A stretch of DNA of 64,000 bases from a virus, in the IMG/VR virus record IMGVR_UViG_3300023296_001674; one strand, given 5' to 3'. The notes under the pieces are model-generated. The model had not been told where the DNA came from and did no database searches. It saw only the letters and a program-made list of their open reading frames with translations. Position numbers and translations under genes: made by a program. The first letter of the stretch is position 1; every line of letters starts with the position of its first letter. Shown piece by piece: positions 19,784 to 28,182 of the stretch.

Positions 19784-19862
19784 GCCCGTTTACGCCAATC
19801 AAGGTAGAGCGATGATATTTAAAATTTCATGGATGTCGGTTCGAATCCGATGACGGGTACCA
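19784..19862 (+). tRNA. tRNA-Leu(UAA)
   Basis: TT TAA AA loop; one stem mismatch; CCA. Confidence 0.8.
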
Positions 19863-19918
19863 ATTAGTGTCCGCAAGGGAATTAAATTACGGGTAGCGTA
19901 AGCTAATTTTACATCAAT

Positions 19919-19996
19919 GTCAGCGTAGTCCAACCGGAAGGAGACACTTGTTTCAAAAGCAAGACAGTGTGGGTTCGAATCCCACCGCTGACACCA
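19919..19996 (+). tRNA. tRNA-Leu(CAA)
   Basis: cttgt-TT CAA AA-gcaag; CCA. Confidence 0.9.
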
Positions 19997-20008
19997 ATAA
20001 TATTTCAT

Positions 20009-20096
20009 GTGGATATGGTGGAATGGTAGACACGCAAGGTTTTGTAATGTTGTGGGAGATATCCCGACGCAGGTTCGATTCCTGTTATCCACACCA
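20009..20096 (+). tRNA. Leu-type tRNA body with irregular anticodon loop (undetermined)
   Basis: Acceptor gtggata/tatccac, long variable arm, A73-CCA, 8-nt loop ttttgtaa. Confidence 0.6.
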
Positions 20097-20100
20097 ATAA

Positions 20101-20247
20101 GAATTGAAGTTCCATCAATAGACTGCCAAGCTGAAAATGCTACGGGTGAGGTGAGTTCTTTATGCGGTTTTCCAGTATCCGCGTCAAACTGGAAAGAAGT
20201 ACGGTGCAGAGCGTGAGAAATCACGCAAGGACGGGTCTCTTCTTTAA
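20101..20247 (+). ncRNA. pseudoknot-containing structured RNA
   Basis: atgcgg/ccgcgt crossed with tttccagt/actggaaa; gcgtga-gaaa-tcacgc. Confidence 0.45.
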
Positions 20248-20263
20248 TAAAAGGTCCGGTTTT

Positions 20264-20351
20264 GGAAGGTAAAGCAGCCAGGGCGCTGCGGGGGGTTGCT
20301 AACCCTTTCGTACTCTAGTAGTGTTCGGTTCGAGTCCGATGCCTTCCTCCA
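20264..20351 (+). tRNA. tRNA-Ser(GCU), extended D stem
   Basis: TT GCT AA loop, long variable arm, CCA. Confidence 0.8.
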
Positions 20352-20353
20352 AT

Positions 20354-20447
20354 GGAAGATTAACCTCGCAGGGTCGGGGGACCGTTTTGAAAGCGGATCG
20401 CACGTGTTAGTAGCATGTGTAGATTTCGAGTATCTAATCTTCCGCCA
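20354..20447 (+). tRNA. tRNA-Ser(UGA), extended D stem
   Basis: ggaagat/atcttcc, TT TGA AA, long variable arm, G73-CCA. Confidence 0.8.
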
Positions 20448-20457
20448 ATTTTAAGAA

Positions 20458-20617
20458 TTAACTGAAGTGCAAAAGCGGACACCAATATTAACGTTTGCGG
20501 TGAATGTGACAGCATAGACTCCGTGGAGGAGTTCCGAAGGGTAAGATAGTGCTAGTTAGATTAATTACCTAACTTACACATTCAAGTGTTGGTGGTAATG
20601 TCCAGCCGGTTATACCA
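20458..20617 (+). ncRNA. structured RNA ending in ACCA
   Basis: taactg/cggtta closing stem, ggacaccaatatt/agtgttggt..gtcc, 3' tatACCA. Confidence 0.4.
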
Positions 20618-20622
20618 AATAT

Positions 20623-20696
20623 TGCGGGTTGCTACAGGTGTGGCACCATGGCGTTGAACCATGGGATGGTGGGATCGTTACCTACACCCGCAGCCA
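20623..20696 (+). tRNA. tRNA-Gln(UUG), atypical (G33, altered T loop)
   Basis: tgcgggt/acccgca G CCA; catgg-CG TTG AA-ccatg. Confidence 0.65.
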
Positions 20697-20703
20697 ATTT
20701 TAA

Positions 20704-20777
20704 CGGAGTATAGTAGAGTGGCACTACCCCTGACTCGGACTCAGGTAACGGGGATTCGATTTCTCCTACTCCGACCA
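20704..20777 (+). tRNA. tRNA-Pro(CGG)
   Basis: cctga-CT CGG AC-tcagg; C1:G72 A73 CCA. Confidence 0.85.
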
Positions 20778-20784
20778 ATAATAT

Positions 20785-20859
20785 AGCGGGTTCGTCTAAT
20801 GGCTAAGACGGGTGTTTTTGGTACACCAAATCAGGGTTCGACTCCTTGACCTGCTGCCA
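20785..20859 (+). tRNA. tRNA-Gln(UUG)
   Basis: ggtgt-TT TTG GT-acacc; G73 CCA. Confidence 0.88.
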
Positions 20860-20906
20860 ACAATATAATGATAAATACTTTCAACCGTTAATAGGAGTTG
20901 AAAGCC

Positions 20907-21329
20907 ATGAAAATATGCAGTATGTGTGAAAAAAACAAAAAACTAACAGATTTTAATATCAATAAAACAAAATCCAGTGGATATCAATCAATGTGTAGTG
21001 ATTGTAATAAAGAATATCAAAAAAAACATTATTTAGAAAATAGAGATGCGTATATAAAACGAAAAATAGATAGAAGACTAGCAATACGTGAATGGTTTTC
21101 AGAATTTAAATCTGTATTGAAATGTGAAATTTGTGGTGAAGATCATCCATCGACATTTGATTTTCATCATATCGATCCTTCGATTAAAGAAATGACTGTA
21201 TCAAAAGCAGTGTATGAAGGATATAGTATATCAAAAATAAAAAAAGAAATCGAAAAATGTCAAGTTTTTTGCGCTAATTGCCATCGAAAACATCATTGGG
21301 AAGAGCGGAATATATTAAAAGACATATAG
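20907..21329 (+). CDS. HNH endonuclease
   Basis: CxxC motifs, FDFHHIDP..K, EIEKC..CANCHR.HH; late promoter at 20870. Confidence 0.85.
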   Translation: MKICSMCEKNKKLTDFNINKTKSSGYQSMCSDCNKEYQKKHYLENRDAYIKRKIDRRLAIREWFSEFKSVLKCEICGEDHPSTFDFHHIDPSIKEMTVSKAVYEGYSISKIKKEIEKCQVFCANCHRKHHWEERNILKDI

Positions 21330-21345
21330 TATATTATTTAATTAT

Positions 21346-21420
21346 AGTGGATTCGTATAGTGGTTATTACCCAACACTCTGAATGTTGCGACGAAAGTTC
21401 GATTCTTTCATCCGCTGCCA
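21346..21420 (+). tRNA. tRNA-Gln(CUG)
   Basis: caaca-CT CTG AA-tgttg; G73 CCA. Confidence 0.88.
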
Positions 21421-21431
21421 ATTGATCATAA

Positions 21432-21509
21432 CAGAGTGTGGGAAAGTCTAGTAAATCCGCCGGTTTTGGAAACCGGAGAACGTTGGAGCGAAGCCAACCA
21501 TTCTGACCA
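21432..21509 (+). tRNA. tRNA-Pro(UGG), altered T loop
   Basis: ccggt-TT TGG AA-accgg; T loop AGCGAAG; ACCA. Confidence 0.8.
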
Positions 21510-21556
21510 ATTAATAATATTGACACCATACATTGATTAATGTATATTACAGTTAA

Positions 21557-21652
21557 CGAGCGATGGCGAAAATAGTAGACGCGGCATCCATATGGGATGT
21601 CGGTGGATAAATCAACACCACCGTGCAGGCGCAAATCCTGCTCACTCGACCA
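21557..21652 (+). tRNA. tRNA-like gene, Pro-type acceptor, long variable arm, aberrant anticodon loop
   Basis: cgagcga/tcactcg A CCA; self-complementary loop ccatatgg. Confidence 0.6.
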
Positions 21653-21672
21653 ATTTTTAAGTGGAATACAAA

Positions 21673-22023
21673 ATGAAAGATATAATATTACATCAATATC
21701 CAACTAATATAAAATTGCCTGAATTTGGATTTTGGGATACATTAAAAGGTAAAAAACATCCAATAGATTATTTCGCACCAGACGATACTATGTGTCTTTA
21801 TATACAAAAACAGTTTGTAGTAGAACTTGAGATGGAAATATTGGATATAAAAGAACGTTTTGGTGATTGTATTGTTGATAAAATAGTTTCAACATCTGAA
21901 GACGAATTGATTGATTTTGTAACTACGTATTATTTACGCTTTGATGATGAAGGGGTATATGATGCATATGTAAGATATTATGGTGAATGTATTTTTGATC
22001 GATATAGCGATGAGAAAGAATAA
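21673..22023 (+). CDS. hypothetical protein
   Basis: ORF between tRNAs. Confidence 0.65.
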   Translation: MKDIILHQYPTNIKLPEFGFWDTLKGKKHPIDYFAPDDTMCLYIQKQFVVELEMEILDIKERFGDCIVDKIVSTSEDELIDFVTTYYLRFDDEGVYDAYVRYYGECIFDRYSDEKE

Positions 22024-22196
22024 TGACATTTAATAGAGAAGCTAAAAGACGTGAAGAGGTTTCTAAACCAAAAGATATTGTAAAACGTTTGCGATTTACT
22101 GATTGTAAAGTGCGCAACGATGCTGCATTAGAAATTGAACGGTTAAGAGATATATTATTACAGCATGATATTGTTGTGGATGGTATAATAAAATAA
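22023..22196 (+). CDS. small phage protein (DIVKRLR..AALEIERLR)
   Basis: Coupled ATG at 22023; 57 codons. Confidence 0.55.
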   Translation: MTFNREAKRREEVSKPKDIVKRLRFTDCKVRNDAALEIERLRDILLQHDIVVDGIIK

Positions 22197-22206
22197 ATAA
22201 AGTTAA

Positions 22207-22284
22207 CGGGGTGTAGCTCAGTCTGGTCAGAGCGCCGCGTTTGGGACGCGGAAGTCGTATGTTCGAATCCTATCACCCCGACCA
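22207..22284 (+). tRNA. tRNA-Pro(UGG)
   Basis: Canonical cloverleaf, TT TGG GA, CCA. Confidence 0.92.
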
Positions 22285-22289
22285 ATTAA

Positions 22290-22382
22290 CAAGCGATGGC
22301 GGAAACAGTAGACGCAGGTCCATTACGGGACTGGGTGGGTTAATTGCCCATCGTGGAGGTGCAAATCCTTCTTGCTTGACCA
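22290..22382 (+). tRNA. tRNA-like gene paralogous to 21557, aberrant anticodon loop
   Basis: caagcga/ttgcttg A CCA; ggtcc-attacg-ggact; long variable arm. Confidence 0.6.
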
Positions 22383-22500
22383 AATTAAATCATTAATAAT
22401 GATTGACACTAGTGTGCAGATGATGTATACTTGAAAAATAAGAAGACCTAAGTGTTTCTACAGTTGTTGTTGATATTTACAACAAAGAAGGAGAAATATT

Positions 22501-22815
22501 ATGGATCATTTACACGGTAAACGGTTTGGTTTTTATGGCGTTGACGGCAATTGTTTCAAGTTAGGCAGAGATGTTTACGAGGCAATTGAAGATGAGGACG
22601 ACGGCTACCGTTCTTATTTGAATAGCATTGAGAAGGTTGATTTCGACGGGATTTTTTTCAAGCAACCCTTGGGAACTATTGAGGTGAAAATGACTGACGA
22701 TTGGTATTATTTAGAAGACGTTAAGGATGGACACATCTGGTTGAGAGTAGGCACAGATGATACGGATGATTATTATCCATATTTCGTATTTGATTATCAA
22801 CCGAAAAAAATGTAA
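22501..22815 (+). CDS. hypothetical protein
   Basis: AAGGAG RBS, TTGACA..TATACT promoter. Confidence 0.75.
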   Translation: MDHLHGKRFGFYGVDGNCFKLGRDVYEAIEDEDDGYRSYLNSIEKVDFDGIFFKQPLGTIEVKMTDDWYYLEDVKDGHIWLRVGTDDTDDYYPYFVFDYQPKKM

Positions 22816-22819
22816 TTTA

Positions 22820-22848
22820 AAGTGTCCCGGATAATGGGGCACTTTTTT
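22820..22848 (+). terminator. intrinsic terminator
   Basis: aaagtgtccc/ggggcacttt plus T run. Confidence 0.6.
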
Positions 22849-22851
22849 AAT

Positions 22852-22934
22852 GGGGAAGGAAAGCCAGTGGCTCTGGCACCGAGTCTGTAAAACTCGTCTT
22901 CACGGGAGTGGATCGAAACCACACTTCCCCACCA
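22852..22934 (+). tRNA. tRNA-Tyr(GUA), atypical D/T arms
   Basis: cgagt-CT GTA AA-actcg; T loop ATCGAAA; ACCA. Confidence 0.8.
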
Positions 22935-22950
22935 ATTTTCATACAATAAT

Positions 22951-23033
22951 GGGAGAGGAAAGTCAGTGGCTCTGACATCGCGTCTGTAAAACGCGTCCTA
23001 ACGGGAGTGGATCGAAACCACACTCTCCCACCA
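22951..23033 (+). tRNA. tRNA-Tyr(GUA), second copy
   Basis: cgcgt-CT GTA AA-acgcg; compensatory changes relative to first copy. Confidence 0.8.
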
Positions 23034-23034
23034 A

Positions 23035-23083
23035 TTTATACGGATTAGCGCATAAAATCATTTTATACGGATTAGCGCATAAA
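23035..23083 (+). repeat. 22-nt direct repeat x2
   Basis: tttatacggattagcgcataaa at 23035 and 23062. Confidence 0.85.
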
Positions 23084-23110
23084 CCAACGTTATCTTTGGA
23101 GGATAATCAA

Positions 23111-23448
23111 ATGACGATGCAGGTAGCAAGAAGCGGCTAAAGAAAACGCCGCTACATATAACTGCGACCACACCTGATAACAAGTGTGTAGTTGCTGGAT
23201 TTTTTAAATTAGTAGATGGTGAAGGTATACCATTAACGATTGTATTGGGTTATTTAAATGATAAAAATTTATTACCTGATTGGATTGATTTTTTAGAAAG
23301 TTCAGTTCATCGAAAATGGAATTTAAAATCCACGATAGTAAAGATTGATCAGGCTTGTTTTGAAGTTTACGGTCCTGAACATCGTGATAATGTAATAATA
23401 AGAATTAAGCAATGGGTCATTAAGCAGTGGCCTACTTATGGGATATAA
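23111..23448 (+). pseudogene. frameshifted gene with AlaRS-helix-like motif
   Basis: GGAGG+ATG at 23111 stops after 9 codons; an alternative frame reads ...GFFKLVDGEGIPLTIV...PDWIDF to 23448. Confidence 0.45.
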
Positions 23449-23514
23449 TGTAAGGATTAGCATCAGAGTCTTGGATACTCTTCGACATGGGTTTGAGTCC
23501 CAGTTTCCCGACCA
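23439..23514 (+). tRNA. tRNA-Pro(UGG), degenerate
   Basis: agagt-CT TGG AT-actct; stem mismatches; ACCA. Confidence 0.6.
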
Positions 23515-23625
23515 ACATAGAGCTTCAGAGTTGTCGATCAGTGCGAACGTGGCATTGAATGTGGACAATAGCCCAATAGGGTTGGATTATCTTTAAGATG
23601 AATCGTATGCTGTGGACGAATTTAT

Positions 23626-23736
23626 ATGAAAGTGGACTTAATGGTAGGTCGCTGTACGGAAGAATCGGCTATGATATGGGAAACCTATTAGTCGTAAGCA
23701 TACGCAGAAGTGTTGGTTCGAGTCCAGCCTTTCATA
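23626..23736 (+). ncRNA. tRNA-like RNA with ~40-nt insert in anticodon arm
   Basis: atgaaag/ctttcat, D arm gactt/aggtc, T arm gttgg-TTCGAGT-ccagc. Confidence 0.65.
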
Positions 23737-23743
23737 CTAATAA

Positions 23744-23827
23744 CGGGCATGACCGACTACTGGGATGGTCGCTAGGCTTTCAACCTAGTCCTTTAGGTGA
23801 AGGGTTCGATTCCCTCATGCCCGACCA
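23744..23827 (+). tRNA. tRNA with UUC (Glu) anticodon, long D stem and variable arm, C1:G72/A73
   Basis: cgggcat/atgcccg A CCA; ctagg-CT TTC AA-cctag. Confidence 0.7.
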
Positions 23828-23833
23828 ATTTAT

Positions 23834-23930
23834 CTTGTAGAGTTGGGAAATTCGATGACTTCATAATGGTGTGGGGGTGCCCGGTCAACATTATGAAATA
23901 GAATTAGCGAGTTCGACTCTCGTCTGCAAG
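23834..23930 (+). ncRNA. tRNA-like RNA (acceptor and T arm, long internal hairpin)
   Basis: cttgtag/ctgcaag, gcgag-TTCGACT-ctcgt, ttcataatg/cattatgaa. Confidence 0.55.
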
Positions 23931-23990
23931 CCTATTTTATTGACAAACGGTAGTGTTTTGTATATTATGGTTCTTTGAGGAGAGAAGAAA

Positions 23991-24254
23991 ATGTATATAG
24001 ACAATTTTACAAAAAACAAAGATTTAATAAATGTGTATCAATACACAATGCATTTAAAAGATGGTATGAAAGTATATTCTATCCATCATGATAAACGGAC
24101 CATTGTGATTCAATTAGATACGCAATTGCCATCAACGCACACATTTTCTAAAAAAGTTTTTACTGATGTATTAAGTACGCATCATTATGAAGGCGATTTA
24201 GAAGTTGCTGCTACAATGGTTTTTGAAAAATTAATAGATGGAGATATGATATAA
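23991..24254 (+). CDS. hypothetical protein (paralog of next gene)
   Basis: MYxDxFTK, HHD, YxGxLExAATxVFE shared. Confidence 0.75.
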   Translation: MYIDNFTKNKDLINVYQYTMHLKDGMKVYSIHHDKRTIVIQLDTQLPSTHTFSKKVFTDVLSTHHYEGDLEVAATMVFEKLIDGDMI

Positions 24255-24508
24255 TGTATATGGATTATTTTACTAAAGTTTCAGAAACTGAAGAAATATA
24301 TGGATTTAAAGCGCATCAAATAGCGGGAATTCGTTCATATATAATACATCATGATAATCACAGGATTGTGGTTCAATCAGAAGATGAAGTTTTGGAAACA
24401 CATACATATGACGGAAATTTAGAAGATGCTGCGACATTTGTATTTGAAGAATTATTAGATGAGACACCAGCAGGGACTGTTTTGCTTCCGATAAAAAGTA
24501 ATGAATAA
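24254..24508 (+). CDS. hypothetical protein (tandem paralog)
   Basis: As above. Confidence 0.75.
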   Translation: MYMDYFTKVSETEEIYGFKAHQIAGIRSYIIHHDNHRIVVQSEDEVLETHTYDGNLEDAATFVFEELLDETPAGTVLLPIKSNE

Positions 24509-24777
24509 TGTTTTTAAATGATGAAGTAATAGATTGGTTGTATATGGCATCATGTGTAGCATTGCCATTATTATATATGCCATCAATGTATTTCTCATCA
24601 ATGTTTTTGATAGGAATGGGCATTGCAACACTTATAAAAATGTTTTTTCCATCGCATCGATTAGTGATATTGAGATGGATAAGATGTTTAATAGATTATG
24701 GCGGAGTGATGGTAAGTTTATCATTGCTATATAAAAGGATAAAAATATGGACTACGATTTATCAGCGCAGCAAGTAG
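24508..24777 (+). CDS. small membrane protein
   Basis: Hydrophobic coupled ORF. Confidence 0.5.
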   Translation: MFLNDEVIDWLYMASCVALPLLYMPSMYFSSMFLIGMGIATLIKMFFPSHRLVILRWIRCLIDYGGVMVSLSLLYKRIKIWTTIYQRSK

Positions 24778-25907
24778 AAGCAAAGGATGAGATACTTAAA
24801 TGGTGGAATGACGAATATTCTGACCAAGTGTTTTACCTTGCAGGATATGCTGGTTCTGGAAAGACGACATTAATTAAGTATCTATTGCCATATATGGATT
24901 TAGATATTTCAAATGAATATGATGTCACATTTGGTGCATATACGAATAAAGCATCTATTGTTATGCGTAGAACTGGTATATTAACAGCCAATACGATACA
25001 TAGTATGATTTATCATCCAGAAGAACAGGATGATGGAACAGTTTTATTCAAAAAGAATCGTGATAGCATCGCAAAAGACACAAGTTTGATTGTATTAGAT
25101 GAGTGTTCTATGATTGACGATGACATGGCGAATGACTTGGACAGTTACGGCACAAAAATTTTAGTTTTAGGTGATCCGGGTCAACTTCCACCAATTAAAG
25201 GTGAAGGGCATTATACAAAACGCAAGCCTGATTACTTTTTGACTGAAATTCATAGACAGGCGGAAGGAAATCCGATTATTCAGTTATCCATGTTAGCACG
25301 CCAAGGTCAATTTTTGAAATTGGGTGAATATGGTGATGGTGTTCGGGTTGTTGATTCTGACGATATGGAATTTGAAGATTTTTTAAAGGCAGATCAAGTT
25401 TTGTCTGGTAAAAATGTCACAAGACAGTTTTTGAATAAAAACATGAAAGAAGAATATGGTTTCAATGATGTTTTACCAATGGATAAGGGCATCAAGTTGA
25501 TTTGTTTAAAAAACCAAAAGAAAATTGGTTTATACAATGGAATGATGTTTGAATCTATGTTTGATAGAAGCCATGTTCATCTTGGTCGTGGTAATAAGTT
25601 TTTCACACAATCAGTAATGAATGACGAAGGATTTGTTTACGACACGCTTGACATATCGGCTGGACCATTTAACGATTATAAATCTCAGCGCGATGCTGCA
25701 ACGATTCAATTGGATCGTAAGAACAATAGAAACCATAGCGAATTTGATTATGGTTATGCTATTACAGTTCACAAATCGCAGGGTAGTCAATGGGAAAATA
25801 TTATTATTTATGATGATGATTTTGGAATGTGGGACAAACTTCTTCGTGCAAGATGGCTTTATACAGGCATCACACGCGCCCAAACGGGTATGATAATAAT
25901 ACGATAA
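24747..25907 (+). CDS. SF1B helicase (Dda/RecD2-like)
   Basis: GYAGSGKTT, DECSM, GDPGQLPP, YAITVHKSQGS, YTGITRA. Confidence 0.92.
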   Translation: MDYDLSAQQVEAKDEILKWWNDEYSDQVFYLAGYAGSGKTTLIKYLLPYMDLDISNEYDVTFGAYTNKASIVMRRTGILTANTIHSMIYHPEEQDDGTVLFKKNRDSIAKDTSLIVLDECSMIDDDMANDLDSYGTKILVLGDPGQLPPIKGEGHYTKRKPDYFLTEIHRQAEGNPIIQLSMLARQGQFLKLGEYGDGVRVVDSDDMEFEDFLKADQVLSGKNVTRQFLNKNMKEEYGFNDVLPMDKGIKLICLKNQKKIGLYNGMMFESMFDRSHVHLGRGNKFFTQSVMNDEGFVYDTLDISAGPFNDYKSQRDAATIQLDRKNNRNHSEFDYGYAITVHKSQGSQWENIIIYDDDFGMWDKLLRARWLYTGITRAQTGMIIIR

Positions 25908-25999
25908 GAATAGTGAAGGCTGCACTTCTCGAGAAGATGCAGGAAGTAGCAGTATGATATTATTACTGTGAAGTAGGTGAAATCCCTACCCAAATTCTT
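25906..25999 (+). ncRNA. small multi-hairpin RNA
   Basis: aagaat/attctt closing three hairpins. Confidence 0.4.
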
Positions 26000-26002
26000 T
26001 AT

Positions 26003-26078
26003 GCCCCGGTCTTCTAATGGTTCAGGAAACTGGTTTTTCATTCCAGCAATCGGTGTTCGATTCACCGTCGGGGTACCA
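26003..26078 (+). tRNA. tRNA-Glu(UUC)
   Basis: gccccgg/tcggggt, TT TTC AT loop, CCA. Confidence 0.85.
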
Positions 26079-26154
26079 AATTAGAACTTAAGAGTTGTTA
26101 TTGACAATTTTTCATAATGTGTTAATATAATATTTTATCATAAAGGAGTATGTT

Positions 26155-26397
26155 ATGACTAAAGTAAATGACACGACGATGTTTGCACATAAAATACGAT
26201 CCGCATTGATTGTTCAAGCAGAAATTGATTTATTGACCGAAGGGTTGGAGCAGTTATTTGACGACCTAGCAAAAAACGGTGATCGAAGCCGCGATGTTTA
26301 TGTGGATGCATTTAAATCAATATACGAAAAATCGAAAAAGGATAAAATCGCAGACGTTTCAGTGTTATCAGTTGAGGGTATTCTCAACATGATGTAA
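26155..26397 (+). CDS. hypothetical protein
   Basis: Promoter and AAGGAG RBS. Confidence 0.7.
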   Translation: MTKVNDTTMFAHKIRSALIVQAEIDLLTEGLEQLFDDLAKNGDRSRDVYVDAFKSIYEKSKKDKIADVSVLSVEGILNMM

Positions 26398-26422
26398 ATT
26401 TAGAATAGAAAGGATTAGTAAC

Positions 26423-26977
26423 ATGATAAACGATATATACGGAGTACCAGTAGTGTACGTTCCTGATTATTGTGACTATGATGTTGACAAATTATGGGAT
26501 GAATTGCCTTTTGATAGAAGGGAATCAACCCCAAGAACGGAATGTTGGATGAATGACTATGGAGACCCATATACGTATGGTGTTGGCAGAGGTGAAAGAA
26601 CTTATATTCCCGATGCTTGGAATGTCGTAGTTGATGGAATTAGAAATTGTTTAAATGAAGATTATAATGCATCATTTGATTGTTGCTTTTGCAATGGTTA
26701 TTTGGATGCAAATGATCAGTTAGGTTGGCACGCGGATGACAGTCCAGAAATGGATATGGATCACCCAATCGTGTCAATTTCGTTTGGTGCTGAAAGAGAT
26801 ATATGGTTTAGAAAGACCGGCGTTAAGGGTATGGCTACAAAAGGTGTTACCATGGGCGATGGATCAATGACCATGATGAATGCTGCTATGCAGGCAACGT
26901 GGGAACACAGGATACCTAAACACAGCGCACCATGCGGTAAAAGAGTTAGTTTGACTTATAGGAAATTAGTCAAATGA
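26423..26977 (+). CDS. alkB: AlkB-family 2OG-Fe(II) dioxygenase
   Basis: N.Y...D.LGWHADD, SISFGAER, H.IPK, RVSLTYR. Confidence 0.9.
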   Translation: MINDIYGVPVVYVPDYCDYDVDKLWDELPFDRRESTPRTECWMNDYGDPYTYGVGRGERTYIPDAWNVVVDGIRNCLNEDYNASFDCCFCNGYLDANDQLGWHADDSPEMDMDHPIVSISFGAERDIWFRKTGVKGMATKGVTMGDGSMTMMNAAMQATWEHRIPKHSAPCGKRVSLTYRKLVK

Positions 26978-27294
26978 ATAATAATAGTACACCATGGTAT
27001 AATATAGAATCAAGAGAAGACCGTCTTTTGAGGCAACAAGCTAAACAAATTAGAAATTTAGAATATGCTAGTCGCCATAATTGTACTTCGGATATAGCTG
27101 ATTTGATTCTCAATCATGGACGAATTGATTTGGAGCGGAAACTTGATATTGCGCGTTGGAATGAAAGGTTTGCCGAAGGTGAAAAAATCGCCCTTGAAAA
27201 TCGCCAAAAATCTGAAAAAATCGCAAAAAATGCACCAAAATCAATGACTGTAAATGAAAAAATGCAACAATTATTATCTATGGTCAGAAAGTAA
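26974..27294 (+). CDS. hypothetical protein
   Basis: Coupled ORF. Confidence 0.6.
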   Translation: MNNNSTPWYNIESREDRLLRQQAKQIRNLEYASRHNCTSDIADLILNHGRIDLERKLDIARWNERFAEGEKIALENRQKSEKIAKNAPKSMTVNEKMQQLLSMVRK

Positions 27295-27301
27295 ATAAAA
27301 T

Positions 27302-27373
27302 GGGCTTATAGTGTTAATGTCGCACGCCCCTATTGGGGGGTAGTCGAGGGTTCGTTACCCCGTGAGTCCACCT
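27302..27373 (+). pseudogene. pseudo-tRNA with G3:U70 acceptor and shortened anticodon arm
   Basis: gggctta/tgagtcc, D arm, GGTTCG T arm, ends ACCT. Confidence 0.5.
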
Positions 27374-27512
27374 ATTTTTATGTTGCATTGCGAAGGTATG
27401 CGTTTTATGCAACCCTCTAATGCGTTAAAAACATTGGATTTTATGGTCTAAGTATGATAAATATATATGATGTTGCATTGCAGCATTTTATAACATACAA
27501 GGAGACTTAAAA

Positions 27513-27776
27513 ATGAACAACGAAATAGACTTTGACTTAGCAGTACGAAACGCACACCGTGAACAAGCAGTAGTAATGGGTGCAGCAATTCTTTCATTGC
27601 TTAAAATGATTGGTAATGCTTTGGGTGCTGTATTTGGTTCTATTGCATCTGCAATTGAATTTAAACGTGCATTCAACGAACTTGATGCTTTGACAGATAC
27701 GCAGTTGCGTGATATCGGTGTAAACCGTGGTGAAATCGCACACTTGATTATGAACCGCCATACACTTGCTGAATAA
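27513..27776 (+). CDS. DUF1127 (YjiS-like) protein
   Basis: ELDALTDTQLRDIGVNRGEI. Confidence 0.85.
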   Translation: MNNEIDFDLAVRNAHREQAVVMGAAILSLLKMIGNALGAVFGSIASAIEFKRAFNELDALTDTQLRDIGVNRGEIAHLIMNRHTLAE

Positions 27777-27777
27777 A

Positions 27778-27851
27778 ATGCTCCCGAACGGGATCATTTA
27801 AACGAAAATTACAGAATAAAGATAATATGCTCCCGAACGGGAGCATTTTTA
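27778..27851 (+). terminator. duplicated hairpin; second copy is a terminator
   Basis: atgctcccgaacggga twice; second followed by gcattttt. Confidence 0.65.
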
Positions 27852-27890
27852 TTGACATGGTGTGAAAATCATGTATAATACAAATATTAT

Positions 27891-27966
27891 TGCGGGGTGG
27901 AGAAGTCCGGTCATCTCATCGGCCTCATAAGTCGAAATTCGCAGGTTCAAATCCTTGCTCCCGCAA
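27891..27966 (+). tRNA. tRNA-Met(CAU), initiator-like body
   Basis: tcggc-CT CAT AA-gtcga; no CCA; sigma70 promoter upstream. Confidence 0.8.
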
Positions 27967-28070
27967 CTTATACTACGAAATTAGTTTTTGGAGTGTGAAG
28001 GCAACCAAGAACATTTGGCGGCGATGGCTGTTCAGAGGGATGAAAGTTCCCACCAAACTATAAATATTAA

Positions 28071-28146
28071 TGCGGGATAGAGAAGTGGTCATCTCACAAG
28101 TCTCATAATCTTGTAATCGGAGGTTCGAATCCTTCTCCCGCATCCA
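28071..28146 (+). tRNA. tRNA-Met(CAU)
   Basis: CT CAT AA loop; CCA. Confidence 0.85.
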
Positions 28147-28182
28147 ATATTGGAAGAAAAAGAAAAACATTGAATAATTTAT

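Noticed and set aside
23035-23083. CRISPR array
   Set aside because: Only two repeats with a 5-nt spacer; no cas genes
19237-23840. ORFs 19237, 19799, 20007, 21338, 21923, 23323 and 23598 from the track
   Set aside because: They overlap tRNAs or ncRNAs and are shadow ORFs
26003-26078. UCA (Sec/opal) anticodon reading
   Set aside because: The symmetric 7-nt loop gives UUC, and the paralog at 28315 confirms Glu
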